DNA of 64,000 nucleotides from Eledone cirrhosa (taxonomy: Eukaryota). The DNA lies in contig OZ024740.1 in NCBI GenBank assembly GCA_964016885.1, positions 45,260,001 to 45,324,000 of the forward strand. The letters run 5' to 3'. Shown in pieces: positions 26,453 to 36,880 of the stretch (positions within the stretch are counted from its first letter, which is position 1; every line of letters starts with the position of its first letter). The position numbers and the translations under genes are program-made. Under the pieces are notes generated by a model. The model ran no database searches and was not told the origin of the DNA. It saw nothing but the letters and a program-made list of their open reading frames with translations.

Positions 26453-26456
<4 letters not shown>
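21870..26456 (+). repeat. Tandem array of a 310-bp hammerhead-containing monomer (~14.8 units, 15 hammerheads); retrozyme-like
   Basis: taagtctcta recurs at 21871, 22181, 22493, 22803, 23113, 23423, 23732, 24041, 24351, 24661, 24971, 25281, 25591, 25901, 26211; units are nearly identical. Confidence 0.95.
21889..21977 (+). ncRNA. Type I hammerhead ribozyme (first copy in the plus-strand array)
   Basis: attctcgataaaagca..gtagtc CTGATGA t ttct aaca agaa t GAAA cgcg TA gattac..tgcttttatcgagaat. Predicted cleavage after 21949 (GUA); perfect 16-bp distal stem I. Confidence 0.9.
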
Positions 26457-26543
<87 letters not shown>

Positions 26544-26586
26544 CATATATATATATACATATATATATATACATACATATATATAT

Positions 26587-26669
<83 letters not shown>

Positions 26670-27787
26670 GGAGGTGACTTTTATTGTAGTACAATAAAGC
26701 AATGCAGATATCGGATAAGAAGCACTCTACAGTTTGTAGGACTGGAGTATGCATAATATAAGATCAAAAGATGGTTAAAGGAGTTCCATGTATTTTATTA
26801 TGCGCATTTCAAAAACAAACATCATCATGCAATAATATTTGTGTTTTCATCAGATAAAACAGGAGAACATGATATGAAGGCTAAAAAACACTTGTGGATA
26901 GTGCAGTTTTAAATCAACATATGAAAAGTTGTTTTAGATTGATGTGTGATATTGGGAAAAAATATTTTATTTAGAGAGGGGGGGGGAAAGGATGAAAAGG
27001 GAAGGAGATGAGAGGGAGAGATGGGTGATAGAGAGAAAGAGATAGTTTTTATAACTGAGAGGAGATATATTTTTTACATAGAGAGGTTGAAAACCGTTGG
27101 AAGATACTGTATAAATTAAAAATTTTGAAAATTAACGAAGGGAGGATATGTGCGAGGAAAAAATATTTTATTTAGGGAGGGGGGATGAAAAAAAGGGGGA
27201 GGAAATGAGAGTGAAGGTGGAGAGGGAGAGATGGGTGATAGAGAGAAAGAGATAGTTTTTATAACTGAGAAAAAGATATATTGTTTTAACATAGAGAGGT
27301 TGGGAACCGTTGGAAGATAATGTATAAATTAAAGGAATTTGAAAATTAACGAAGGGAAATTATGTATGAAAATAGAGAGAAAAAAATAATAATTGTGGAT
27401 GAATATTCTAACGTCAAAAAAAGAAATGTATATATTGTGGCAATTTCAAAATTAACGAAGAGAAAAATTATTAAGGTTTGTGTGTAGAAGGATTTGAGAA
27501 AAATAATGTGAAGTTAAAGTTTGTATATTGGTTGAATTGATAATATATGCGAATAAAGAGTTAATATGTATTAATAATGAGTTCGTTGATGGGGAGAAAA
27601 AATAATAAATTAAGGATGAAATTGAGATTAAAAAGATTTATGATAGAGAGAAAAAATAATAATGATTGCGGATGAATATTGTATATGTTATGATTTTACA
27701 AGGTGAAGATAGAATGAGGGTAATGAGTAAACAAGTATTATAGAGTGTATAATGCCCTTTAAAGTAAGGTAGATGGGTATATTTAAA

Positions 27788-28039
27788 AGAACTAACACTG
27801 CTCTCTCAGAACTCATATGGTCCTTAAAAGACAAAAACATTAAATATACCATCTTTTGGAAGAAGATTTCTTCTGCATCCTCATACTTGAACAGCTCTCT
27901 ATCTAAAATCTGTAATCTCTGCCTAAATGAAAAATTTACCATTATCTCTAACCTAGATTCTATAATAAATAGACGCACAGATTTGTTTTCTATCTGCCTG
28001 CATAAATTCCATAGAACTTTTCACAAAGTATACAGTTAA
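27788..28039 (+). pseudogene. C-terminal fragment of a PLE GIY-YIG endonuclease
   Basis: TALSELIWSLKDKNIKYTIFWKKIS..CNLCLNEK..CLH aligns by eye with TTLARKIWELKDSNASYTINWSKLS..CGLCDLE..CRH of the 572-aa ORF. Confidence 0.85.
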
Positions 28040-29029
28040 TATTCAATTCTTTATCAATTTAGAATCTTTTCTCAAAGGCACATATACATACACCTCTTTA
28101 AAATATACCCATCTACCTTACTTTAAAGGGCATTATACACTCTATAATACTTGTTTACTCATTACCCTCATTCTATCTTCACCTTGTAAAATCATAACAT
28201 ATACAATATTCATCCGCAATCATTATTATTTTTTCTCTCTATCATAAATCTTTTTAATCTCAATTTCATCCTTAATTTATTATTTTTTTCTCCCCATCAA
28301 CGAACTCATTATTAATACCTATTAACTCTTTATTCGCATATATTATCAATTCAACCAATATACAAACTTTAACTTCACATTATTTTTCTCAAATCCTTCT
28401 ACACACAAACCTTAATAATTTTTCTCTTCGTTAATTTTGAAATTGCCACAATATATACATTTCTTTTTTTGACGTTAGAATATTCATCCACAATTATTAT
28501 TTTTTTCTCTCTATCTTCATACATAATTTCCCTTCGTTAATTTTCAAATTCCTTTAATTTATACATTATCTTCCAACGGTTCCCAACCTCTCTATGTTAA
28601 AACAATATATCTTTTTCTCAGTTATAAAAACTATCTCTTTCTCTCTATCACCCATCTCTCCCTCTCCACCTTCACTCTCATCTCCTCCCCCTTTTTTTCA
28701 TCCCCCCTCCCTAAATAAAATATTTTTTCCCCGCACATATCCTCCCTTCGTTAATTTTCAAAATTTTTAATTTATACAGTATCTTCCAACGGTTTTCAAC
28801 CTCTCTATGTAAAAAATATATCTCCTCTCAGTTATAAAAACTATCTCTTTCTCTCTATCACCCATCTCTCCCTCTCATCTCCTTCCCTTTTCATCCTTTC
28901 CACCCCCCCCCCTCTCTAAATAAAATATTTTTTCCCAATATCACACATCAATCTAAAACCACTTTTCATATGTTGATTTAAAACTGCACTATCCACAAGT
29001 GTTTTTTAGCCTTCATATCATGTTCTCCT

Positions 29030-29098
29030 GTTTTATCTGATGAAAACACAAATATTATTGCATGATGATGTTTGTTTTTGAAATGCGCATAATAAAAT
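29030..29098 (+). ncRNA. Type I hammerhead in the family D 3' UTR (mirror copy ~26792-26860)
   Basis: gttttat CTGATGA aaacacaaatattat..atgatgtttgttttt GAAA tgcgca TA ataaaat. Confidence 0.85.
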
Positions 29099-29136
29099 AC
29101 ATGGAACTCCTTTAACCATCTTTTGATCTTATATTA

Positions 29137-29204
<68 letters not shown>

Positions 29205-29213
29205 TATATATAC

Positions 29214-29285
<72 letters not shown>

Positions 29286-29288
<3 letters not shown>

Positions 29289-29578
29289 CAAATTATAAAT
29301 GTAAACATATAAGTATGTTTTTGAAACGGTGCGCGAGTTTGAAATTAGAAATTAGAAATTATAAGCTTTCGCCGTATTTTAGACTAAAGAAATTTCTAGC
29401 CTGATAGTGGGGTTTATAACCCTTATAACCCTCGGAAAAATGGAAAAAGATGAGTGTTGCCGTACATGGGAGTGCTCCCATGTACGGCAACACTCATCTT
29501 TTTCCATTTCTCCGAGGGTTATAAACCCCACTATCAGGCTAGAAATTTCTTTAGTCTAAAATACGTTGAAAGCTTATA
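29286..29578. mobile_element. Short fold-back element in (TA)n
   Basis: Arms ~29360-29472 and 29475-29578 are inverted around gggagtgctccc. Confidence 0.8.
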
Positions 29579-29616
29579 TATATATATATATACATACATA
29601 TATATATATGTATATA

Positions 29617-29930
29617 TTAGAAAGTGAGGTTTTTTTTACAAAATGAAAAATAGCCGAGGTGTCCTACACGGGTGAAAGTATAAAGAAAAAAAGATGAAAT
29701 CGAAAATGCAACTGGAGTCTTATTTTTTTTTTTTATATATTTATTTATTTGGTTCCTTTACCGGTTTCTTTACTCACAGATGTGAGAAAAACCACAGACC
29801 CTCCATCTCAACTCTACTTTTGAAAAGCAGAAGAACTGCGAAACCGGTAAAGGAACCAAATAAATAAATATATATTTTTTTTAAATAAGACTCCAGTTGC
29901 ATTTTCGATTTCATCTTTTTTTCTTTACAT
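29617..29930. mobile_element. Fold-back element with U3-A8 hammerhead (29817-29853, plus)
   Basis: ctt TTGAAAA gcag aagaa ctgc GAAA ccgg TA aagg; same family at 34699-35213. Confidence 0.8.
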
Positions 29931-30117
29931 GTATATATATATATATAACGAAGGAAATGTGGTAAGGAACCAGGTGGACCATAACGCACCAAAGTACTCA
30001 ATACTTAGGGTAGTAGAGTGGGTAATAGGAACCAGTAAGACCCCAGGGGTCTTACTGGTTCCTATATATAGAGATAGATAAATATACACGGGTGTGTATG
30101 ATTGTGTATAGAAGATT

Positions 30118-30499
30118 ATATTAATAAGAGGAATTCAAACTTTGTCTGATTTACTCGTTTTATTTACAATCCTTTAAAATGTATAATGGTATTATAATGA
30201 AATAGTATGATAGAATATTAAATTCTAAGTGTTAATTGAACAAGTACTTTCATGCTTTCGCAATCTTCAGGTTCATAATATGTGGTGACAGTCAAGTTTG
30301 CAATTTTCAACTGTGGAAAATTGCAAACTTGACTATCACCACATATTATGAACCTGAAGATTGCGAAAGCATGAAAGTACTTGTTCAGTTAACACTTAGA
30401 ATTTAATATTCTATCATACTATTTCATTATAATACCATTATAAATTTTAAAGGATTGTAAATAAAACGAGTAAATCAGACAAAGTTGGAATTCCTCTTA

Positions 30500-30505
<6 letters not shown>
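30118..30505. mobile_element. Fold-back element with compact hammerhead (30349-30387 plus; ~30237-30275 minus)
   Basis: tgaac CTGAAGA t tgc gaaa gca t GAAA gtac TT gttca; ~190-bp arms around a short loop near 30312. Confidence 0.88.
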
Positions 30506-30555
<50 letters not shown>

Positions 30556-30556
<1 letters not shown>

Positions 30557-31240
30557 GGATTAACAAATAATAGTTAAATGCAGTCCACTTAGGTGATGTC
30601 CAGTTATGGTATTCCAGGTAGTGGATGATATTAACGCTTGGCTTGGTTTGACTCAACAAGGCGTTTTCATAGTGATGCTGCGGGTATGCTGTAATTCCTA
30701 TGTTGTAAACACTTGGAGTAATAATAAATCAGGAAAGAAGGTTTACATGGTTTGCTATACAAAAAAGTTTTTAATCACATAGCTTACATTTGTTTCACTG
30801 AACTGGTATGTCTAGAGATCGCTATCCGCCTAATTTTGCGTCACTCGATCGCCAATACAGAATTATAACCAGTCAGATCTTCGGAGCATGCGAGAATGAA
30901 GAAAATACACAGGCAAGAAAAGAAAATATGGAGTAGTTATGGCATTCAATTAGAACAATAACAACAATTACAACAATGCTATCAATAAACTATTTAAGGA
31001 GACCCTGACATTACTTAGGTGGGGGGTATATAATGTATCTAATGTTACGGCGTGAAAACCAGCTGTCATAAGGCAAAAAGTATCGTAGTGTGTATCAATT
31101 TTAAATTATAAAGATAAGCTAGTTTTTACAGTCTTTCTCTTCATCTTCAACGGTATACATGAGTGGGACCACTGTCAAAGCTCAATAGTTGTAGAGTTAA
31201 TACAGAGGTTAACGAATTAATATACGCATATATCTACGCG

Positions 31241-31332
<92 letters not shown>

Positions 31333-33401
31333 AATATATATACACATATATGTGTACATAGACACATACATACACATCAATATACACTCGTACAAAAATA
31401 TACATACATGCAAAGAGAAAAGCGTGCTAATTGTAATTATGGCAAAAAGAAGGTAAAGTAACATTGTAGTAGTGAAATGAGAAAAACTAGGATCTAGGAT
31501 CAAATGATTGCAGCAGCTGAGAAGGAGTAAGATTGTTGGTAGATGAGGTACTTACAGACAATTGTGTGGTATAGACTTGTGAAGGAAATAGTATACTTAA
31601 TGAATATATTTCTGTGGGTAGTAGGTATCCTAATTTAAAGCTATGTTATGTTGGTTCGATTCACGGAGGTTTGAATCTTATGAATTTAGTGGCTATTCTA
31701 TGTCTGCAGAAGATAGATCTTTCTAACTTATTATTAAGTAGCCTTTTAACATTTCTAAGGATATACAATAGCTCAAGATCACACAGCCCGCAATAGGACA
31801 TCCCTGTACTATAGGTTTTAGCAGCCGACAACTTCGACCAGTTGATAGTGTAGCTAGCGTTGCTGTCCTTCAATTCCCATATTTTTCTGGCGAGGGTGGT
31901 GGAACCCATAAGTGCACGGTTTTTCATTGAGTGCCTGTGCACATACCATCTTTTCTTAAAAGAACCCGCGGTGGATCCTATGTAATTCCAGGTGGAGTTA
32001 CCCGAGATGACAGTGCACATGTACACCAGGCTCGAATCGAGACATCTGTTCGCCAATGGGCACCTATCTGGGAGGTGACAGTTGCAGTTTGAGGCGCTAT
32101 TTTGTTCAGCTTTTACATTCCTATTTAGTACCCTGTTATAAGTGGGTTGTGATATATGCCCAATGGGGTTTTGCTGCTGCGCGTTTGTATGCGCTTGTGG
32201 TTGTGATATTGTGATGAGTTTGTGCTTATGTATAGGTGCAATTGATTTACTTGAGATATTTCTGTGGTTGATCTTGCGTATGTGTGATTCTATGTTAGCT
32301 GCTGTTGAGAAAGAGAGTTTTATAGTAGATCTATTGAGTATTTTGTGATATCTATGCGAGATAGGGAAGTGTTTATCTATTAGTTTAAAGAATGTAGAGG
32401 GCAGTCTAGTTTTTATAGAGGAGTTGAATATTGGGTTGAACCATAGGTATTTTCTTTGTCTGTTTCTTCTATTGTTTCTAGGGTTTACGTTATTAGTGTT
32501 TTGGCCGTTTACTCTAGGTGTTACATGTCTAACCCTATGTCTAGTCAAGCTATTCCTATTATTATGTGAGCGGTTGGAGTAGAAATTACTAGGATTGTTT
32601 ATGTTGTCCTTATTCACTATATACTGTAGTTTATCTTTATGACCGGCCCTACTTAATGCTGCATTATAATAGTCAGCATGCTCGTTAAAGATTTCTAGGT
32701 TTGAGGATAGGCGGGATATTCGGAGGGATATACTACGTGCTATGGATTTAATTATGGATTTGGGGTGATTTGAGTTGTAACTAATGTAGGCAAGATTTTC
32801 ATTATTTTTGTGGAAAGGTTCTATTAATCCAGTATTTAGATTTAGAGTTACATCTAGAAAATTTACCTTCTTATGGTTTAGTTCGTAGGTAATACTTAGG
32901 CCTAGTTTTTTGAAGAATATTCTAATATTTTTCCTTAGTCTTTCCATGCTCTGGTTGTTTAGGTTCTTAGCTATAAGTAACGTGTCGTCCCTATAAATTC
33001 CTCCTTGGAGGTTACTGAATTCCTTATGTAGGTTGTGTGCTATGAATAGCCCCACGATATCTGTAATTTGCGCAGAATCATTTGATCCCATTGTAATATC
33101 GAAGCTATTTATTCTATCCTTTCTTACCCAGTAGTTATTTTCAAATTTTACGATAGTCCTTCTAGCCGCTATTATTATTTCAATTTCATCGTGGGTAAGA
33201 TCAGAGTTATTTTGGGCAAATATAAGCGCCTTATCTAGGGTAGCTGGGGATATGGATGCATAATAGTCGTCTATATCAAATTGTATGAAGTTACACGTCT
33301 CCCTATTTTGTATTTTATTGAACCATTTAATTGCCTCGTTAGTGTAAGCTATGTGATTAAAAACTTTTTTGTATAGCAAACCATGTAAACCTTCTTTCCT
33401 G

Positions 33402-33404
<3 letters not shown>
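30556..33404 (-). mobile_element. 5'-truncated Penelope-like element with 1.1-kb 3' UTR, hammerhead and short inverted arm
   Basis: RT-EN ORF; HHR at ~30778-30891(-) with CCGAAGA core; 33344-33404 is the reverse complement of 30726-30787; (TA)n on both sides. Confidence 0.92.
31661..33343 (-). CDS. PLE reverse transcriptase plus C-terminal GIY-YIG endonuclease (N-terminally truncated, uninterrupted)
   Basis: FDIDDYYASI, MGSNDSA, YRDD, VNFLDVTL, SNHP thumb, WFNP, CNC-x5-CPL-x3-C, LVY-x-YIG, CxxC. Confidence 0.93.
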   Translation of the reverse strand, partial: TNEAIKWFNKIQNRETCNFIQFDIDDYYASISPATLDKALIFAQNNSDLTHDEIEIIIAARRTIVKFENNYWVRKDRINSFDITMGSNDSAQITDIVGLFIAHNLHKEFSNLQGGIYRDDTLLIAKNLNNQSMERLRKNIRIFFKKLGLSITYELNHKKVNFLDVTLNLNTGLIEPFHKNNENLAYISYNSNHPKSIIKSIARSISLRISRLSSNLEIFNEHADYYNAALSRAGHKDKLQYIVNKDNINNPSNFYSNRSHNNRNSLTRHRVRHVTPRVNGQNTNNVNPRNNRRNRQRKYLWFNPIFNSSIKTRLPSTFFKLIDKHFPISHRYHKILNRSTIKLSFSTAANIESHIRKINHRNISSKSIAPIHKHKLITISQPQAHTNAQQQNPIGHISQPTYNRVLNRNVKAEQNSASNCNCHLPDRCPLANRCLDSSLVYMCTVISGNSTWNYIGSTAGSFKKRWYVHRHSMKNRALMGSTTLARKIWELKDSNASYTINWSKLSAAKTYSTGMSYCGLCDLELLYILRNVKRLLNNKLERSIFCRHRIATKFIRFKPP

Positions 33405-33475
<71 letters not shown>

Positions 33476-34091
33476 GTACATATATATAATAAATATATAT
33501 ATGTATATATATATATAATAAGTTGACGAGATTAGCACGGGTTTCACTGCTAGGACCGGTTGCATCTCAACGTACTCAATAGGTAATGTTAAGTAAACTC
33601 CCTGAGTAGACATAGTTATTCGCTTCAACACAACACACGTAAATGGGTACCATAAATCTATACCCGTACTCGAGTTCAGCCCACACTTTAATGCAACAAT
33701 AGAGTGCACAGCATCTACTGTCTGCATTTATAATGCAACAATGCACAATCGGTGCATGTGACTTTATCAGCGGATTTCGCATAATCAATACCCATTCGAT
33801 CGATAGAATTCGATTCCAGTCCGTACTGGCTATGACTGAATGTGACGGACAACACAGTAAAACATTAGCAACTGAAATCCCTACGCGTCATCCCAATGCC
33901 GTCAATTGATTGGCCATTTGTTCAGAAATTTATGTGACTGCAGGAGACGAAATTCAAATAGTTTCGCTCCTGCCATACGCTCTCAGCCAACGTGCCTCAA
34001 ACACAAATTAACAAGCGAGTGAAAAACGGTTATTTAAAAATAAGAAGGTGTTAAAGTTTGCTTGAATCATTGCGGAATATGAAAAATAGTC

Positions 34092-34140
<49 letters not shown>

Positions 34141-34146
<6 letters not shown>

Positions 34147-34676
34147 TAAATAAAAGTCAAATGATTAAAATTTAGCTTCGTTTATTACTGCTATATATAT
34201 TTCAGTGACAGCCATCTTTGGCTGTGACCTCTTCAGGCAGTTTGAATTAGTATGGTATAGACAAGTACATATGTTGTTTAGGTGTATGATATTGTCAATA
34301 CTCTGATATGCCCAGTTCCTTGTTGGGTTGTTAATTCACTGGGGAACTGGAGTCATATGACTCCAGTTCCCCAGTGAATTAACAACCCAACAAGGAACTG
34401 GGCATATCAGAGTATTGACAATATCATACACCTAAACAACATATGTACTTGTCTATACCATACTAATTCAAACTGCCTGAAGAGGTCACAGCCAAAGATG
34501 GCTGTCACTGAAATATATATAGCAGTAATAAACGAAGCTAAATTTTAATCATTTGACTTTTATTTAACTTTATTTTACACTACTCCGGAGTAACCAAACC
34601 AACCTGCGCACTTCGTCGAGTGCTCCAGCCTGCATACTGAGGTGTTGGTATACAACCAACATAAACTCAAAATCTC
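34141..34676. mobile_element. Spacer-less 432-bp palindrome with a hammerhead in each arm (34472-34526 plus)
   Basis: 34141-34356 is the reverse complement of 34357-34572. actgc CTGAAGA ggtcacagcca aaga tggctgtcact GAAA tatata TA gcagt. Confidence 0.9.
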
Positions 34677-34698
34677 TATATATATATATATATATATA

Positions 34699-35209
34699 TT
34701 AGAAAGTGAGGTTTTTTTTACAAAATGAAAAATAACCGAGGTGTCCTACACGAGTGGAAGTATAAAGAAAAAGGGATGAAATCGAAAATGCAACTGAAGT
34801 CTTATTTTTTTTTAAAATATATATATTTATTTGGTTCCTTTACCGGTTTCGCAGTTCTTCTGCTTTTCAAAAGGTGAGTTGAGATGGAGGGTCTGTGGTT
34901 TTTCTCACATCTGGTTGGTCTCTAAATGTTACTTGTTTTATATGGAAAAAGTGGCTCGAAAACCAGGTTTTTCGAGAAGTAATTTGATTGGTTTGTCAAT
35001 AATTATAATAAATTTCGCGCCAGTTCGCGTTACAATAGTTCTTCAAATAAGAGAGGGGAGGGGGGGGGGTTGTCACAGGTTGTTTTTTTCATATATGAGT
35101 GTTTGAATTTCTTTTTACTTGAAAAAATGAGGCTCACGAAGGCTTTTTTGGGGTTGGTTATAAATGAAATTTGGCTGTCACGTGAACAAGTTTTCATTAC
35201 ATTTTTGCG

Positions 35210-35213
<4 letters not shown>
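34699..35213 (-). mobile_element. Second copy of the 29617 family, hammerhead at 34837-34874
   Basis: cctt TTGAAAA gcagaagaactgc GAAA ccgg TA aagg on the minus strand. Confidence 0.8.
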
Positions 35214-35257
<44 letters not shown>

Positions 35258-35286
35258 TTTGCGCCCTATATATATATATATATATA

Positions 35287-36091
35287 TTCTTTCCTTGCTC
35301 ACATTTCGACCAGGTTTGATGGTCTTCATTCTCTCTCGTCCACGTTTTCACAGAACTTATGTTCATCGATTTCAGGGACTTGACTCCTTCTTCCTCACTT
35401 TTCGTTGCATTACCATCTTTGATTGTTTACAGTCTCGCTCGTCCCCCATTTTTACGTGTCCCAACGACTTTCTTTAACCGTTGCACGCACCAACCGGAGG
35501 TTCATGGTCTTTAAAGCGATGAAATACCAATGAAGGTTGGCAGATCACTGATGAAGGACTGAATTTATTCATATGTAACCCATTTGCAACCACGCATCAC
35601 GTCTTGTTTTCATATTCACACATATATATTTCCCTCCGCTGTGACCCGTCTGTTTCTTTCTTACTGCTTCCTCTTTTCTCTGTATCTCTCACTTCCCTTT
35701 ACCCCATCTAACAGTCACTCTCTCTGTTAGCCTCTTCCTCACACTTTCACTCACTCACTCTCTGCTACTCCCTCTCCTACTTCCTCCCGTTTGACCTGTG
35801 CGAAATTCTTTCCTCACGCACACTTTGACCAGGTCGGTTGTTCTTTATTCTCTCTCGTCTACGATTTCACAGAACTTATGTTCATCGATTTCAGGGACTC
35901 GACTCCTTCTTCCTCACTTTTCGTTGCATTACCATCTTTGATTGTCTACAGTCTCACTCGTTCCCCTTATTTACGTGTCCCAACGACTTTCTTTAGCCGT
36001 TGCTCGCATCAACCGGGGGTATATGGTCTTTAAAGCGATGAAATACCAATGAAGGTTGGCAGATCACTGATGAAGGACTAAATTTATTCAT
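35287..36091 (+). mobile_element. ~519-bp monomer in ~1.5 tandem copies between (TA)n tracts
   Basis: 35287-35573 is repeated at 35806-36091; carries an unusual GAAA...CTGATGA motif. Confidence 0.8.
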
Positions 36092-36129
36092 ATATATATA
36101 TATATATATATGTATGTCACACACACACA

Positions 36130-36218
36130 CACCCCCCCCCCACTCTCAAGAGCGTGAAACTAATAAACCTTTGTTTGTACTGCCTCTCTGTTTTGTTCCC
36201 GTTCCATTTTTCACTATA
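36130..36218 (+). mobile_element. Isolated 3' terminus of the Neptune-type PLE
   Basis: Reverse-complement match to ~53852-53932. Confidence 0.75.
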
Positions 36219-36231
36219 TATATATATATGT

Positions 36232-36545
36232 ATGTAAAAGGTAAACAGAAATAACAACACAATCGGTACAGTATTTGGAAGGTATATATTAGGTTAACGC
36301 TTGATATAGCAGGAAGAAAGTCTTAACGTTTCGGACGCTAGTCCTTCATCAGAAGAAAGAATGAGAAATAAAAAAGATTAAGGGGACGGGCGGGATGGAA
36401 TTGGAAAAAATGTCTTTAGATAAAAATAACAGGTCCATTCATGTTGACATCTCTTGCATTGTATATGGTTTTTCATCTATTTTCTATCATCCAATTTTAC
36501 TCTTTTCATATTTTAATATTCCTTTGAGTGCATTACCTTGTATAT
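36232..36545 (-). mobile_element. Family E copy with minimal hammerhead (36321-36356)
   Basis: Reverse complement of ~18762-18990; CTGATGA a ggac tagc gtcc GAAA cg TT aaga. Confidence 0.85.
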
Positions 36546-36727
36546 ATTAGCAGTAAGTAGATTGTGGACCTTGGAGGAAACTTGTCTCCCAATGCCACCC
36601 AACAGTCTAATACACCAAATACGACACCCCCTATCTCAGTCTAATGCACTCCCCTTCCCTTCCCATGCAGGAGGACCTAAATCGATGTCCGAGATTTTCG
36701 GATACAGTAGCCATATATGAATCATAG

Positions 36728-36880
36728 AGTTTCTTAGCTGAGTGGTTAAGCAGTTCGCTTTGCAGCCAGTTGGTTTTGAGTTCAACCCTTCTACCTGACA
36801 CCTTGGGCATATGTCTTCTACTACAGCCTCGGGTTGACCAATGCCTTGTCTTAACATGGCCGCAGTCTACTGACTGAAAC
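36728..36880 (+). mobile_element. tRNA-derived SINE, degenerate
   Basis: tagctgagtggttaag A box, gagttcaaccc B box, then ccttgggca..tgtcttcta..gttgaccaa. Confidence 0.65.

Larger units (their letters stand above)
26666..29137. mobile_element. Family D PLE 3' end as a 2.4-kb fold-back
   Basis: Arms ~26754-27790 and ~28095-29135 are near-perfect reverse complements; the loop holds an endonuclease C-terminus. Confidence 0.92.

Noticed and set aside
21870-26456. CRISPR-like array or plain satellite
   Set aside because: There are no unique spacers and no cas genes, the context is eukaryotic, and each unit is a hammerhead monomer.
33344-33379. Start of the 572-aa ORF ([12 protein letters not shown])
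   Set aside because: It comes from the inverted UTR arm (reverse complement of 30726-30787) and is a fortuitous in-frame fusion. The true N-terminus is missing. The same applies to the Met of 27773-28039 and the start of 56223-56756.
33515-33580. Possible hammerhead on minus strand near ttgagatgc..gaaacccg..gtc
   Set aside because: The core and stems are too degenerate to call.
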